Below, one piece after another: positions 8,425-16,817 of a stretch of DNA of 40,547 nucleotides; position 1 is the first letter of the stretch, and each line of letters opens with the position of its first letter. The stretch is taken from IMG/VR virus record IMGVR_UViG_3300046007_001148, positions 1 through 40,547 of that record; one strand, 5' to 3'. The translations under genes were made by a program, and so were the position numbers. The notes beneath the pieces were generated by a model that worked only from the letters and a program-made list of their open reading frames with translations, ran no database searches and was not told the origin of the DNA. The stretch is from a virus (Duplodnaviria > Caudoviricetes).

Positions 8425-8453
8425 AGTATGGCACCCTATGCCGCCTTGGTCAA
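8425..8453 (-). promoter_or_regulatory. Sigma70-type promoter TTGACC-N17-CATACT
   Basis: -35 at 8453-8448, -10 at 8430-8425; near-copy at 20282. Confidence 0.65.
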
Positions 8454-8468
8454 CCCCCGTTGCACTTG

Positions 8469-9818
8469 TTAATAAAGCCTCACCCCAGTGCCGCGGCCAG
8501 CGCCAGCGTGCAGCGGGTTGAACTCACGCCAGACCAGGTACCCGAGCGCGTCGTTCATGTGGTCGAACCCTGCGTCCTTGTCAGGTTCACCCTTATCGCT
8601 GTAGCACTGCAACTCCAGGCACTCGATCACCCGTTTGCAGCGCTCGGCCACCTGCAATCGGACCTGCCCCTTGCCGTTCTCCAACAGCGCCTGTACGGCT
8701 GCCACTCGATCACGGACTGGCGGGTTGCTCCGTGGTGACTGGTTTGACATGCCGTAGGACTCAAGGATCTGGATGTCGGTCTGACTCGCGTTGGTGCTGC
8801 GGCTGCCGCCGCTCGCGTCTGGGTAGACGTAGATCTGCTGCTGCGGGTGCCGCCTGCGGATCTCTTGGGCTAGGGCATCGGTGTCATGCGCGCCGGCGAT
8901 CTCGTCGATCACCAGCAGACCGTTGCCAAGCCGTACGGCGATCACCGCGGACATGTTGCCAACGTTGAAGTCCACGCCGATGCGCAGCGGCTCCCTGCTG
9001 GTGTTAGGCACGGCGGTGATGACGTGCTTCGCCCGGTCGAATCGGTCATACACCTGCCCAGTGGTCAGGTTGACGAACTCGCCGTCAAGGTACGCCCGGA
9101 GCAGGCTCGGGTCGTAGTTGGCCTCCAACCGCTCGATAAAATCCGGCGGCAGGTGCGGATTGTCCGCCGTGCGCATCTTGATTAAATGGCGGTCTGGCCT
9201 GGCTTTGGCTTCGTCGCTGCCGAACGTGTTCCACATCCACCGGAACCCCTCGGGTGTCGATGCAGCACCGAACTGCCGGACATTGCCAGATCGCAAACGG
9301 CCAAGGATCTTGGGGAATGCCTTGTTGGCAATGCTGGGCGTCACCGTGTCGATCTCATCAGCGAGCACCCATGCAAGGTTCAGGCCGATGATGCGCGACC
9401 AGTTCTCAAAGCTGCGGCACAGGATCTTGGTGTCACCGCCCGGCAGGTGCAGCATGTACTCCGGCAGCGGGCTAGCCCTGAACGTGTACGGGATGCCATA
9501 GGCATCAAGGAAGTCGTCAAAATCCGACATCCATATGTCCCGCACCAGAGGACCTGTGGGCTCCATCACCGCGCCGATGAATCCTTGATTGGCCGCGGCC
9601 AGCATCACCGCTTTGGCGCACAGCGCCCGAGTCTTGCCCGCGCCATAGCCAGCGCTGATACCGATGATCTGCGTTGCGGTGTCATCCACAAACGCAAGCT
9701 GCCCAGGGTGCAGGTCGCTGCGGATGCGGGTGATCAGGTCAGCGGTGTCCTCGGGCGTCTGCTGCTGCAAAAACGACAGCAGCGGAACGTCCTCGCAGAT
9801 GCCTGCCAGCAGGCTCAT
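8469..9818 (-). CDS. terL: Terminase large subunit
   Basis: Walker A AGYGAGKT, Walker B VLADE, ASTPEG, nuclease GVDFN, DHMNDALGY. Confidence 0.96.
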   Translation of the reverse strand: MSLLAGICEDVPLLSFLQQQTPEDTADLITRIRSDLHPGQLAFVDDTATQIIGISAGYGAGKTRALCAKAVMLAAANQGFIGAVMEPTGPLVRDIWMSDFDDFLDAYGIPYTFRASPLPEYMLHLPGGDTKILCRSFENWSRIIGLNLAWVLADEIDTVTPSIANKAFPKILGRLRSGNVRQFGAASTPEGFRWMWNTFGSDEAKARPDRHLIKMRTADNPHLPPDFIERLEANYDPSLLRAYLDGEFVNLTTGQVYDRFDRAKHVITAVPNTSREPLRIGVDFNVGNMSAVIAVRLGNGLLVIDEIAGAHDTDALAQEIRRRHPQQQIYVYPDASGGSRSTNASQTDIQILESYGMSNQSPRSNPPVRDRVAAVQALLENGKGQVRLQVAERCKRVIECLELQCYSDKGEPDKDAGFDHMNDALGYLVWREFNPLHAGAGRGTGVRLY

Positions 9819-10138
9819 GACATCTCGAACTGCAAGAGCCGAGCCTGCTTCTCAAGCGCGATCAACGCAGTGTTGAGCTGATCCTTTTCGGATGCCCGGC
9901 GTTCGTACTCCAGCGCTCGTGCAATTGCTCCCTCTAGCCACTGGGGGCGAGCCAACTCAGCGTCAAGCGCCAGCAGCTTACGCGCTGCGGCCAAATAATC
10001 GCGCACTTGTCTATCACTTACCCCCCACTTTTCGGAACCGTACTGAACGATTTGGTGATGATTCCAGGCGCGCAAAAGCAAACCATAAACCTCATTGACC
10101 CGGTTTTGGATCTCGTCTTTGGTGCTTTTGCGCGCCAT
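9815..10138 (-). CDS. Probable terminase small subunit (HTH)
   Basis: KWGVSDRQVRDY HTH-like segment; coupled directly to terL. Confidence 0.7.
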   Translation of the reverse strand: MARKSTKDEIQNRVNEVYGLLLRAWNHHQIVQYGSEKWGVSDRQVRDYLAAARKLLALDAELARPQWLEGAIARALEYERRASEKDQLNTALIALEKQARLLQFEMS

Positions 10139-10142
10139 TGTA

Positions 10143-11183
10143 TTACTCCCGGATTTGAATTGGCATGATGAGGTATGTCTGCTCTGTCATGCTAGTCGGC
10201 GTCAACACCACTGGGGTTGTTGCGCTGTTGGCTGACAGTGTAACAGTCTCCGCCGATCGCATGGCCTTCAGTCCATCGAGCAGGTAGTGCACGTTGAACG
10301 CCCATGATCCAAAGGCGCTGCCCTCGAAGGTGATCAGCTCCTTGCCGTTGTTGGCATCGGCTTCGGCGGTGATGGTGAGTGCACCACCTTTGGCCGTGAG
10401 CTTGACCGCATTGTTGTGCGCCTCAGCGATCAACGCAACGCGCTCTAGGCATCGGGTGAATCGGTGCCGATCCATGGTCATGGCGTGCTCGAAGCTGGTG
10501 GGGATCAGCGCTGCCACGTTGGGATAGGTGCCATCGAGGATGCGGCTGTACATGACGATGCCATCACCGGCGTCGATGACCGCCTGCCCCTTGGCTGCAG
10601 CCACTGTCACCGTCCGATCCTGCAGCAGCTTCATGGTCGCTGCTGGTAGCACCAGATCAATGCCATCGGGCAGCGCCACGGGGACGCGCATGAGCCGATG
10701 GCCGTCGGTGGACTCCATGAACCCAGCGGCAAGGTGAATGCCCTGCAGGATCTGCTTACTGGCATCGGTGCTGACGGCTGCCATGCAGGCACGCACGCCA
10801 GCGGTGAGGTCTAGCTCAGCGCCAGGAGCCTCCACAGCGGGCAATGCCGGGTAATCCGCCGCATCCTGCACAGCAAGGCCGTAGGAGCCGCTGGAAGCCG
10901 TCACAGCGCCGTCTGACAGCGTCACAGGCTCGCCGTCGTCCATGCGGCTCACAAGGCCAGCCAGCAGCCGGTACGGCAGCGCCACGGTGCCAGATGTGTC
11001 TACGGCTGCGGGAACGGTGACCGTGATGCCCAGGTCCAGGTTGAAGCCGGTCACGGTCATGGTGCCGCCGCTGGCAGCTACCAAGCAACAGGACAGGATC
11101 GGATGGCTGTTGCTGGTGCTGATGGCCGGCGCAATGGTGCGCAGTGCGTGGCTGAGATCAGCCTGTGTGGTGATGAGTTTCAT
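10143..11183 (-). CDS. dnaN: DNA polymerase III beta sliding clamp homologue
   Basis: HPILS, STDGHRL, SRILDGTYPN, FNVHYLLDGLK, YLIMP motifs. Confidence 0.93.
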   Translation of the reverse strand: MKLITTQADLSHALRTIAPAISTSNSHPILSCCLVAASGGTMTVTGFNLDLGITVTVPAAVDTSGTVALPYRLLAGLVSRMDDGEPVTLSDGAVTASSGSYGLAVQDAADYPALPAVEAPGAELDLTAGVRACMAAVSTDASKQILQGIHLAAGFMESTDGHRLMRVPVALPDGIDLVLPAATMKLLQDRTVTVAAAKGQAVIDAGDGIVMYSRILDGTYPNVAALIPTSFEHAMTMDRHRFTRCLERVALIAEAHNNAVKLTAKGGALTITAEADANNGKELITFEGSAFGSWAFNVHYLLDGLKAMRSAETVTLSANSATTPVVLTPTSMTEQTYLIMPIQIRE

Positions 11184-11380
11184 GATGCAGCTTCGGTGAG
11201 GATTGAAACCAGCCGGTTGTAGTCGGCTGCAAATGACGCGACCAGTTCAGCGGGGATGGGCTGCTGATCGTCTTGGGCATTGTCGCGGATCGCAGCAGCA
11301 TACGCCAGTGCGTGCTCCATGGCGTCATGAAGCCGGTTGATCACGGGCTGCTGCTTGGCTGCGATGTTGATGAGTTCCAT
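11180..11380 (-). CDS. Hypothetical protein
   Basis: 66 aa helical ORF, ATGA-coupled to dnaN. Confidence 0.65.
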   Translation of the reverse strand: MELINIAAKQQPVINRLHDAMEHALAYAAAIRDNAQDDQQPIPAELVASFAADYNRLVSILTEAAS

Positions 11381-11613
11381 GTGAGGGTGAATGCAACAAG
11401 CTGCTCAACCAATCGGCGTGGGATGTCACCACGGACACTGGCGAGCGCATCCGACACTAGGCGGTGATAACCAGCAACGGTAAGGCCACCTTTGCAATCC
11501 GACACAAGCGCCCGACTGCGGATCAACTCACTGCGGCTGACACCTGCCGCCGCTGCTGCTTGGTCGAGCGCCACCAGGTCCGCAGGCTCAAACCGGACTT
11601 TGACTTCTTTCAT
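11341..11613 (-). CDS. Ribbon-helix-helix (CopG-like) protein
   Basis: KEVKVRF...LDQAAAAAGVSRSELIR. Confidence 0.8.
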   Translation of the reverse strand: MKEVKVRFEPADLVALDQAAAAAGVSRSELIRSRALVSDCKGGLTVAGYHRLVSDALASVRGDIPRRLVEQLVAFTLTWNSSTSQPSSSP

Positions 11614-11861
11614 GCGGGATAAAACACGTAGGCTCTCTGGCCCTTGATCATGATGCGATGACGAGTGTAGCCCATGCCTCGAAGTATTTCTGCAACCTGC
11701 ATTTCAGACGAGCGATGAATTGGAAGGTTTAATTCGCGCAAAATCATTTCGGTTGTACAGGGTCCGAAGCGGCTGGCGACCTCCTGCACCATTGAAGCTG
11801 GCAACGGATGCGCTTGCGGAATTGAGCCAGGGATGTCAGAAGGGCAAACAGCGCGTCTCAT
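11610..11861 (-). CDS. Stand-alone paralogue of the primase-helicase C-terminal (probable winged-helix) domain
   Basis: TTE...MQVA..L..MG..R.R....RAYV alignment with the end of 12150..14189. Confidence 0.7.
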   Translation of the reverse strand: MRRAVCPSDIPGSIPQAHPLPASMVQEVASRFGPCTTEMILRELNLPIHRSSEMQVAEILRGMGYTRHRIMIKGQRAYVFYPA

Positions 11862-11898
11862 TGATTTTTAGCCATTGCCCTACCACCTTACCATAAAC

Positions 11899-12149
11899 CC
11901 TACCTTTTCGGAGGTGGGACGGAGGTGGGACGCCGAAGGCGCCAGTGGTAGCAAGGGCGATCCCCACCTCCTATAGGTACCCCACCTACATAGACAAATA
12001 AAGGAAAGGAAGGGGAAGGAATAGGCGCGTAGGGAAGTTTCAGACCGAGGTGGGACGCGAGTCAGGTGGGGTACCTGCCCCAGATCCGTTGCAGCGCAGT
12101 GGATCTGAGCAATCCATAGGTGGGGTACCCGTCCTACCTAGGTGGGGTA
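11899..12149. repeat. Iteron-like AGGTGGG cluster, putative replication origin
   Basis: Forward copies at 11912, 11923, 12048, 12064, 12118, 12140; reverse copies at 11963, 11981; two AGGTAGG variants; purine tract ~11996-12025; non-coding, next to primase. Confidence 0.75.
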
Positions 12150-14189
12150 CTAGCGGCGGTACACGTAGGCCCTGGTTGACCCTTTGCCGCTGCGGTACCG
12201 CTTGAACCCAAGCCGCTTGAGCACGTCCGCAACCTGCATCTGGTCCGCCTTGGTCTGCCGTTCTACGGGCTTCTTGATGGCCTCAGTGAGCAACCTTTCA
12301 GTGGTCAAATCAATCTCGCCATGTCTACGCAACCAGTCTTCAATTTCTGCCTGCCAAGGGTTATCAACGACGTAGGATTCATTCTCCTCGGCAAGCTGCC
12401 GTTCATGCTCGGCAGGCAAGCGACTAGTCTCACCTGCACGGTATGCAGCAACAGCGGCAGACCATATTGCATCGCGTTCTAGCAATAGCGTTGCGGTGTC
12501 AATCTGATCCGATTGCGTCTTAGTTGTAGGGATCACCCAGAAGCGACGGTTGCCAGTTTCGTCCACCAAAAAACCAGTGGTGCGGTTAGTGGTGCCGACG
12601 ATGATGCCGCGCCTTGGGAATGCCTCAGTGGCCTTGCCATATGGCACGCGGAACATATCAACCGCCTGCGATAGGAACGCCTTGACCTGCCCTGCGTGTT
12701 TGCGATTGGTTACATGGTCCAGTTCTGCCCACTCCATAATCCATGATCGATGCAGCACCATGAGATCGTCTTTGGTGCTGATGTCACCAAGGGCATCACT
12801 GAAGAAGTCGTGGCCAAGGCACGCCCAGAACGATGACTTGTAGGCGCCCTGGTCACCCATGATCACGCAGGCCGAGTCGTGCTTGCAGCCAGGGTTGTAG
12901 GCACGGGCAACAGCGCCGATCAGCGTGCGCTTGAGCATCTCGTCGTAGATGGTGCCAGGTGTGTCACCGGGTCGCAGGTAGGCGGTTGACAGGGCCTCGA
13001 TGCAGGCAGGTGCCACAGTGGCTGCGACGCGATCGAGGTACTCGACAACCGGGTCATACGGCGACTCGTTGGCCACCTGCACAATGCAGTCCAGGGCGAC
13101 CTCCTTGGATACCTTGTATCCCATCTCGGCCAGCGTGAGGTAAAAGCGCTCGGCGCCTTCGATGGGTGCGCCATCTACCTCGATCCGTTGGGTGAACGTG
13201 TTGTAGCGGTAGGCGCTGTCACCATGGCGCAACAGGTTGAGCAGCTCTGCAGCATTCATCGGCTGGAGCTGCGGATTCACCGCTGACGGCGGTTGCTTGC
13301 TTGCAGGGCGCTGCCTTTGCACTGGCTCCTGCTGCTGCCGGCCACGCCAACCGTCCTGCTTGGCTAGCTGGCCAAGGGTGCCAAGGGTGATGCCACCGCC
13401 GGACTTGAACCCGCGCCACTTGTGCTCGCAGTCACCCGGCTTGAACTTGGAGGACTGCGACGACCAGTTGATCCAATCCGCCAGCAGGGCATCATCGACG
13501 CTATGGAGCGCCATGCCCACCTCAAGCCACTGGTCATAGTCATCAGCGCGGCTGGGCTGCAACACCTCGAGGAACGACCGAGCGCGTGCCGTGTCATCAC
13601 TGCCGCCACTGACCAGCGGCAATGGCGTCTGCACCGGTTGCCGCAGCATTCGGGCTATCAGGTCTGCCGGTGCTTCGGCAATGTTTACATCTGTTGGCGA
13701 TCGCCCTGGCACCCAGCTATAGCCACTGGTCAACGGGTGTGCGCCTGCAACGATGGACTGGCAGCCATCCCAGCGCAGTTCTACCTGCTCAGGCTTGCCT
13801 TCGGCATCGGTGACGCCGGTTTTGTATTTGCGGGTGCGGATGTCTGACCAGTAGTGCTCAGGCACCTGGTAGATGATCTGAAACCGCCCGTCGCGACCGG
13901 AGGTTACGGTCCATGACGGCGGCAACGAGCTGACCGGGATGCCCCAGTCGTCAAACAACCGCGATGCGGATTTGCCGTCATGGTCCACGAACAGCAAGCC
14001 ACCACTAGGCGTGCCGCAGCAAACGCCGATCGCCTTGGCGCGACCGGACTGGAGTTCCTTGCCGAGCTGGATGCGGGTGATGAAGTTCTTCTGCCAGTTG
14101 TCCATGTACGGCCGTTTCTGGCCGTCAACTGCCACGTAGGACCAGTGGCGTGGCAGCGCTGCTAGCTGCCCGAGTAGGTCACTGGTCAT
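12150..14189 (-). CDS. Primase-polymerase + PriCT-2 + VapE/VirE-like helicase fusion
   Basis: LLFVDHDG prim-pol motif, DYDQWLEVGMALH PriCT-2, GDQGAYKSS Walker A, FRVPYG, GTTN, TGNRRFW. Confidence 0.92.
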   Translation of the reverse strand: MTSDLLGQLAALPRHWSYVAVDGQKRPYMDNWQKNFITRIQLGKELQSGRAKAIGVCCGTPSGGLLFVDHDGKSASRLFDDWGIPVSSLPPSWTVTSGRDGRFQIIYQVPEHYWSDIRTRKYKTGVTDAEGKPEQVELRWDGCQSIVAGAHPLTSGYSWVPGRSPTDVNIAEAPADLIARMLRQPVQTPLPLVSGGSDDTARARSFLEVLQPSRADDYDQWLEVGMALHSVDDALLADWINWSSQSSKFKPGDCEHKWRGFKSGGGITLGTLGQLAKQDGWRGRQQQEPVQRQRPASKQPPSAVNPQLQPMNAAELLNLLRHGDSAYRYNTFTQRIEVDGAPIEGAERFYLTLAEMGYKVSKEVALDCIVQVANESPYDPVVEYLDRVAATVAPACIEALSTAYLRPGDTPGTIYDEMLKRTLIGAVARAYNPGCKHDSACVIMGDQGAYKSSFWACLGHDFFSDALGDISTKDDLMVLHRSWIMEWAELDHVTNRKHAGQVKAFLSQAVDMFRVPYGKATEAFPRRGIIVGTTNRTTGFLVDETGNRRFWVIPTTKTQSDQIDTATLLLERDAIWSAAVAAYRAGETSRLPAEHERQLAEENESYVVDNPWQAEIEDWLRRHGEIDLTTERLLTEAIKKPVERQTKADQMQVADVLKRLGFKRYRSGKGSTRAYVYRR

Positions 14190-14359
14190 GGCTCACGCCG
14201 CCCAGTTGCGGGCAGCAGCCCACGGCCATGCAGCTCCATGGACTGCTGCAGCAGCAACCTAATGGCGGTGCCACGGGACATGCGGTCACCACGCCAAGCA
14301 TCCAGCCATTGCAACTGGTCTTGGCTGAGGCGCACTGGTGTTGGATGGGCTAATCGCAT
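14186..14359 (-). CDS. Small RHH-like regulator, 57 aa
   Basis: Own translation MRLAHPTPVRLSQDQLQWLDAWRGDRMSRGTAIRLLLQQ...; first gene of leftward operon, ATGA-coupled to primase. Confidence 0.7.
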   Translation of the reverse strand: MRLAHPTPVRLSQDQLQWLDAWRGDRMSRGTAIRLLLQQSMELHGRGLLPATGRREP

Positions 14360-14376
14360 CTGCGGCGGCTGAGTGC

Positions 14377-14410
14377 TTGCACACTGTAGCCGGGGCTGCT
14401 ACGCTTGCAA
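14377..14410. promoter_or_regulatory. Overlapping divergent promoters with GTAGC-N7-GCTAC palindrome
   Basis: Rightward TTGCAC-N17-TACGCT (14377-14405); leftward TTGCAA-N16-TACAGT (14410-14383); palindrome 14386-14402 at the strand switch. Confidence 0.65.
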
Positions 14411-14425
14411 GGCCACACGGCAGCT

Positions 14426-16684
14426 ATGACCTACAAAGACTTCCTAGCCTCCAAATCCACCGCGTGCCCTGCTGCTGGCTTTGATCCGCAGCGGTTCACC
14501 GCGCCGCTGTTCCCATTCCAGCGGGACATCGTGACCATGGCCTGCCGCGTTGGCAGGTTCTGCATCTGGGCCGACTGCGGCATGGGCAAGACCGCCATGC
14601 AGCTTGAGTGGGCGCATCAAGTGCACCAGCACACTGGCGGCAACGTGCTGGTGTTGGCGCCATTGGCAGTGGCGCATCAGACCGTGCGCGAGGGCAGCAA
14701 GTTCGGCATTCCATGCGCGTTTGCTGCAACGCAAGGCGATGTCAGGCCCGGCATCACGGTGACCAACTACGAGAAGCTGAGCCACTTTGATCCGGGCAGC
14801 TTTGCTGGTGTGGTGCTCGACGAGAGCAGCATCCTCAAGGCGTACACCGGCAAGATCCGCAATCAGATCATCGAGTCATTCGCGCAGACGCCATTCCGAC
14901 TGGCTTGCTCGGCCACGCCGGCACCCAACGACCACATGGAGTTGGGCAACCATGCCGAGTTCATCGGCGTGATGACCAGGACCGAGATGCTGGCCATGTT
15001 CTTCGTCCACGATGGCGGCGACACCAGCAAGTGGCGGCTTAAGGGTCACGCCAAAGACAAGTTCTGGGAGTGGGTCTGCAGTTGGGCGGTCACCATTCGC
15101 AAGCCGTCAGATCTGGGTTACGACGACGGCAGTTTCATACTGCCCGAGCTGCGGATCCAGGACTGCACGGTTGAGACGCCACGAGAGGCGATGCCTGATG
15201 AGTCCGGCCAGATGGCGCTGTTCGCCATGGAAGCCCGCACGCTCAGCGATCAGCGACATGTGCGCAAGGCATCGCTGCAAATGCGCGTGGATGCCGCAGC
15301 AGCACTGGCCAATGGCGACAACGACCAATGGCTGATCTGGTGTGACCTCAACGACGAGTCCAGAGCGCTGACTGCTGCCATCAATGGTGCGGTTGAGGTG
15401 TCAGGCAGCGACAGCGACGACCACAAGCGCCGTGCTGCGATCGACTTTCAGGATGGCAAGATCCGCGTTCTGGTCAGTAAGCCGAGCATCTTTGGCTTTG
15501 GCCTCAACTTCCAAGGCTGCCATAACGTCGCCTTCGTTGGTCTGTCGCACAGCTACGAAGCGTTCTATCAAGCGATCCGCCGATGCTGGCGATTTGGGCA
15601 GCAGCAGCCCGTCAACGCTCACATCATCTACGACGTAGCCGAGGGCCGCGTGATCGAGAACATCCGCCGCAAGGAAGCGGACAGCATCGCAATGGCTGAG
15701 TCAATGGTCACCATCATGAAGCAAACCACCATGGAACAACTAAAAAAGATCCAGCGTCAAGTAGCGCCGCACATCACCGAGCGCCAGTCAGGCGACAACT
15801 GGGATCTGTATATGGGCGACTGTGTTGAGAGCATCAAGCAGATCGACTCAGACAGTATTCATTACAGCATCTTCAGTCCGCCGTTCGCGTCGCTGTACAC
15901 CTACTCCAACAGCGACCGCGACATGGGCAACAGCCGCAATGACCAGGAGTTCTTTGATCACTTCGTCTACCTAGCGCATGAGTTGCATCGGGTGATGATG
16001 CCCGGCAGGCTGATCAGCTTCCACTGCATGAATCTGCCCAGCAGCAAAGAACGCGACGGGTTCATCGGTGTGAAGGACTTCCGCGGCGACATGCTGCGCA
16101 TCTTCCAAGCGGCTGGCTTTGTGTTCCACTCAGAGGTCTGCATCTGGAAGGACCCGGTCACCGCAATGCAGCGCACCAAGGCGATCGGGCTGCTGCATAA
16201 GCAGGTGCGCAAGGACTCGGCTCTTAGCCGTCAAGGCATCCCTGACTATCTGGTCACGGTGCGCAAGCTGGGCGACAACCCAGAGCCGTGCGCTGGTCCG
16301 TTCACTGAGTTTGCCGGCGAGAATCCACCAGCCAAGAGCGGCGACGCGATCAAGGACAGCATCAACATCTGGCAGCGGTATGCCAGCCCGGTATGGATGG
16401 ACATCAACCCATCAGACACGTTGCAGTATCGCAGCGCCCGTGCCAATGAGGACGAGCGGCACATCTGCCCGCTGCAACTTGAGGTGATCCGCCGCGGCCT
16501 ACAACTATGGAGCAACCCAGGCGATCTGGTGCTCAGCCCATTTGCCGGCATCGGCAGCGAGGGCTATGTCAGCCTGCAGATGGGTCGTCGGTTCGTTGGC
16601 TTCGAGCTGAAGCCCACTTACTTCAACTGCGCTGTCAAGAACCTACAGGCCGTCGAGTCGCATAAGCAGGGGGAACTGGTTTGA
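14426..16684 (+). CDS. SNF2-like helicase fused to N4/N6 DNA methyltransferase
   Basis: GMGKT, LDESS, SATP, QAIRRCWRFGQ; then FSPPF, HICPLQL, VLSPFAGIGS; ATG at 14426 preferred over TTG 14405. Confidence 0.9.
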   Translation: MTYKDFLASKSTACPAAGFDPQRFTAPLFPFQRDIVTMACRVGRFCIWADCGMGKTAMQLEWAHQVHQHTGGNVLVLAPLAVAHQTVREGSKFGIPCAFAATQGDVRPGITVTNYEKLSHFDPGSFAGVVLDESSILKAYTGKIRNQIIESFAQTPFRLACSATPAPNDHMELGNHAEFIGVMTRTEMLAMFFVHDGGDTSKWRLKGHAKDKFWEWVCSWAVTIRKPSDLGYDDGSFILPELRIQDCTVETPREAMPDESGQMALFAMEARTLSDQRHVRKASLQMRVDAAAALANGDNDQWLIWCDLNDESRALTAAINGAVEVSGSDSDDHKRRAAIDFQDGKIRVLVSKPSIFGFGLNFQGCHNVAFVGLSHSYEAFYQAIRRCWRFGQQQPVNAHIIYDVAEGRVIENIRRKEADSIAMAESMVTIMKQTTMEQLKKIQRQVAPHITERQSGDNWDLYMGDCVESIKQIDSDSIHYSIFSPPFASLYTYSNSDRDMGNSRNDQEFFDHFVYLAHELHRVMMPGRLISFHCMNLPSSKERDGFIGVKDFRGDMLRIFQAAGFVFHSEVCIWKDPVTAMQRTKAIGLLHKQVRKDSALSRQGIPDYLVTVRKLGDNPEPCAGPFTEFAGENPPAKSGDAIKDSINIWQRYASPVWMDINPSDTLQYRSARANEDERHICPLQLEVIRRGLQLWSNPGDLVLSPFAGIGSEGYVSLQMGRRFVGFELKPTYFNCAVKNLQAVESHKQGELV

Positions 16685-16710
16685 CCATCTCGAACAACTG
16701 CGCTAGGCGC

Positions 16711-16739
16711 TCGACAAAGGTAGCCGGTTGCGCTACCGT
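16711..16739 (+). promoter_or_regulatory. Promoter TCGACA-N17-TACCGT with second GTAGC-N7-GCTAC palindrome
   Basis: Palindrome 16720-16736 in same register as at 14386; predicted start ~16746 just before ncRNA unit 1. Confidence 0.6.
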
Positions 16740-16749
16740 ATGCAAGCAA

Positions 16750-16801
16750 GGCGGGTTTAGGTGTGCATAGCGCCACGGCGCTGTTTACGAACGCACCCGC
16801 C
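16750..16801 (+). ncRNA. Putative guide RNA unit 1 (variable segments GGUGUG / CGAACG)
   Basis: GGCGGG-TTTA-GGTGTG-CA-TAGCGC(CACG)GCGCTG-TTTA-CGAACG-CA-CCCGCC. Confidence 0.7.
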
Positions 16802-16817
16802 ACACATCACACACCAC

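Noticed and set aside
16761-16817. ORF-track GTG start for the effector; likewise extended starts at 14405, 20658, 24044, 36165
   Set aside because: Extensions run through an RNA unit, promoter or neighbouring gene; downstream ATGs fit better.
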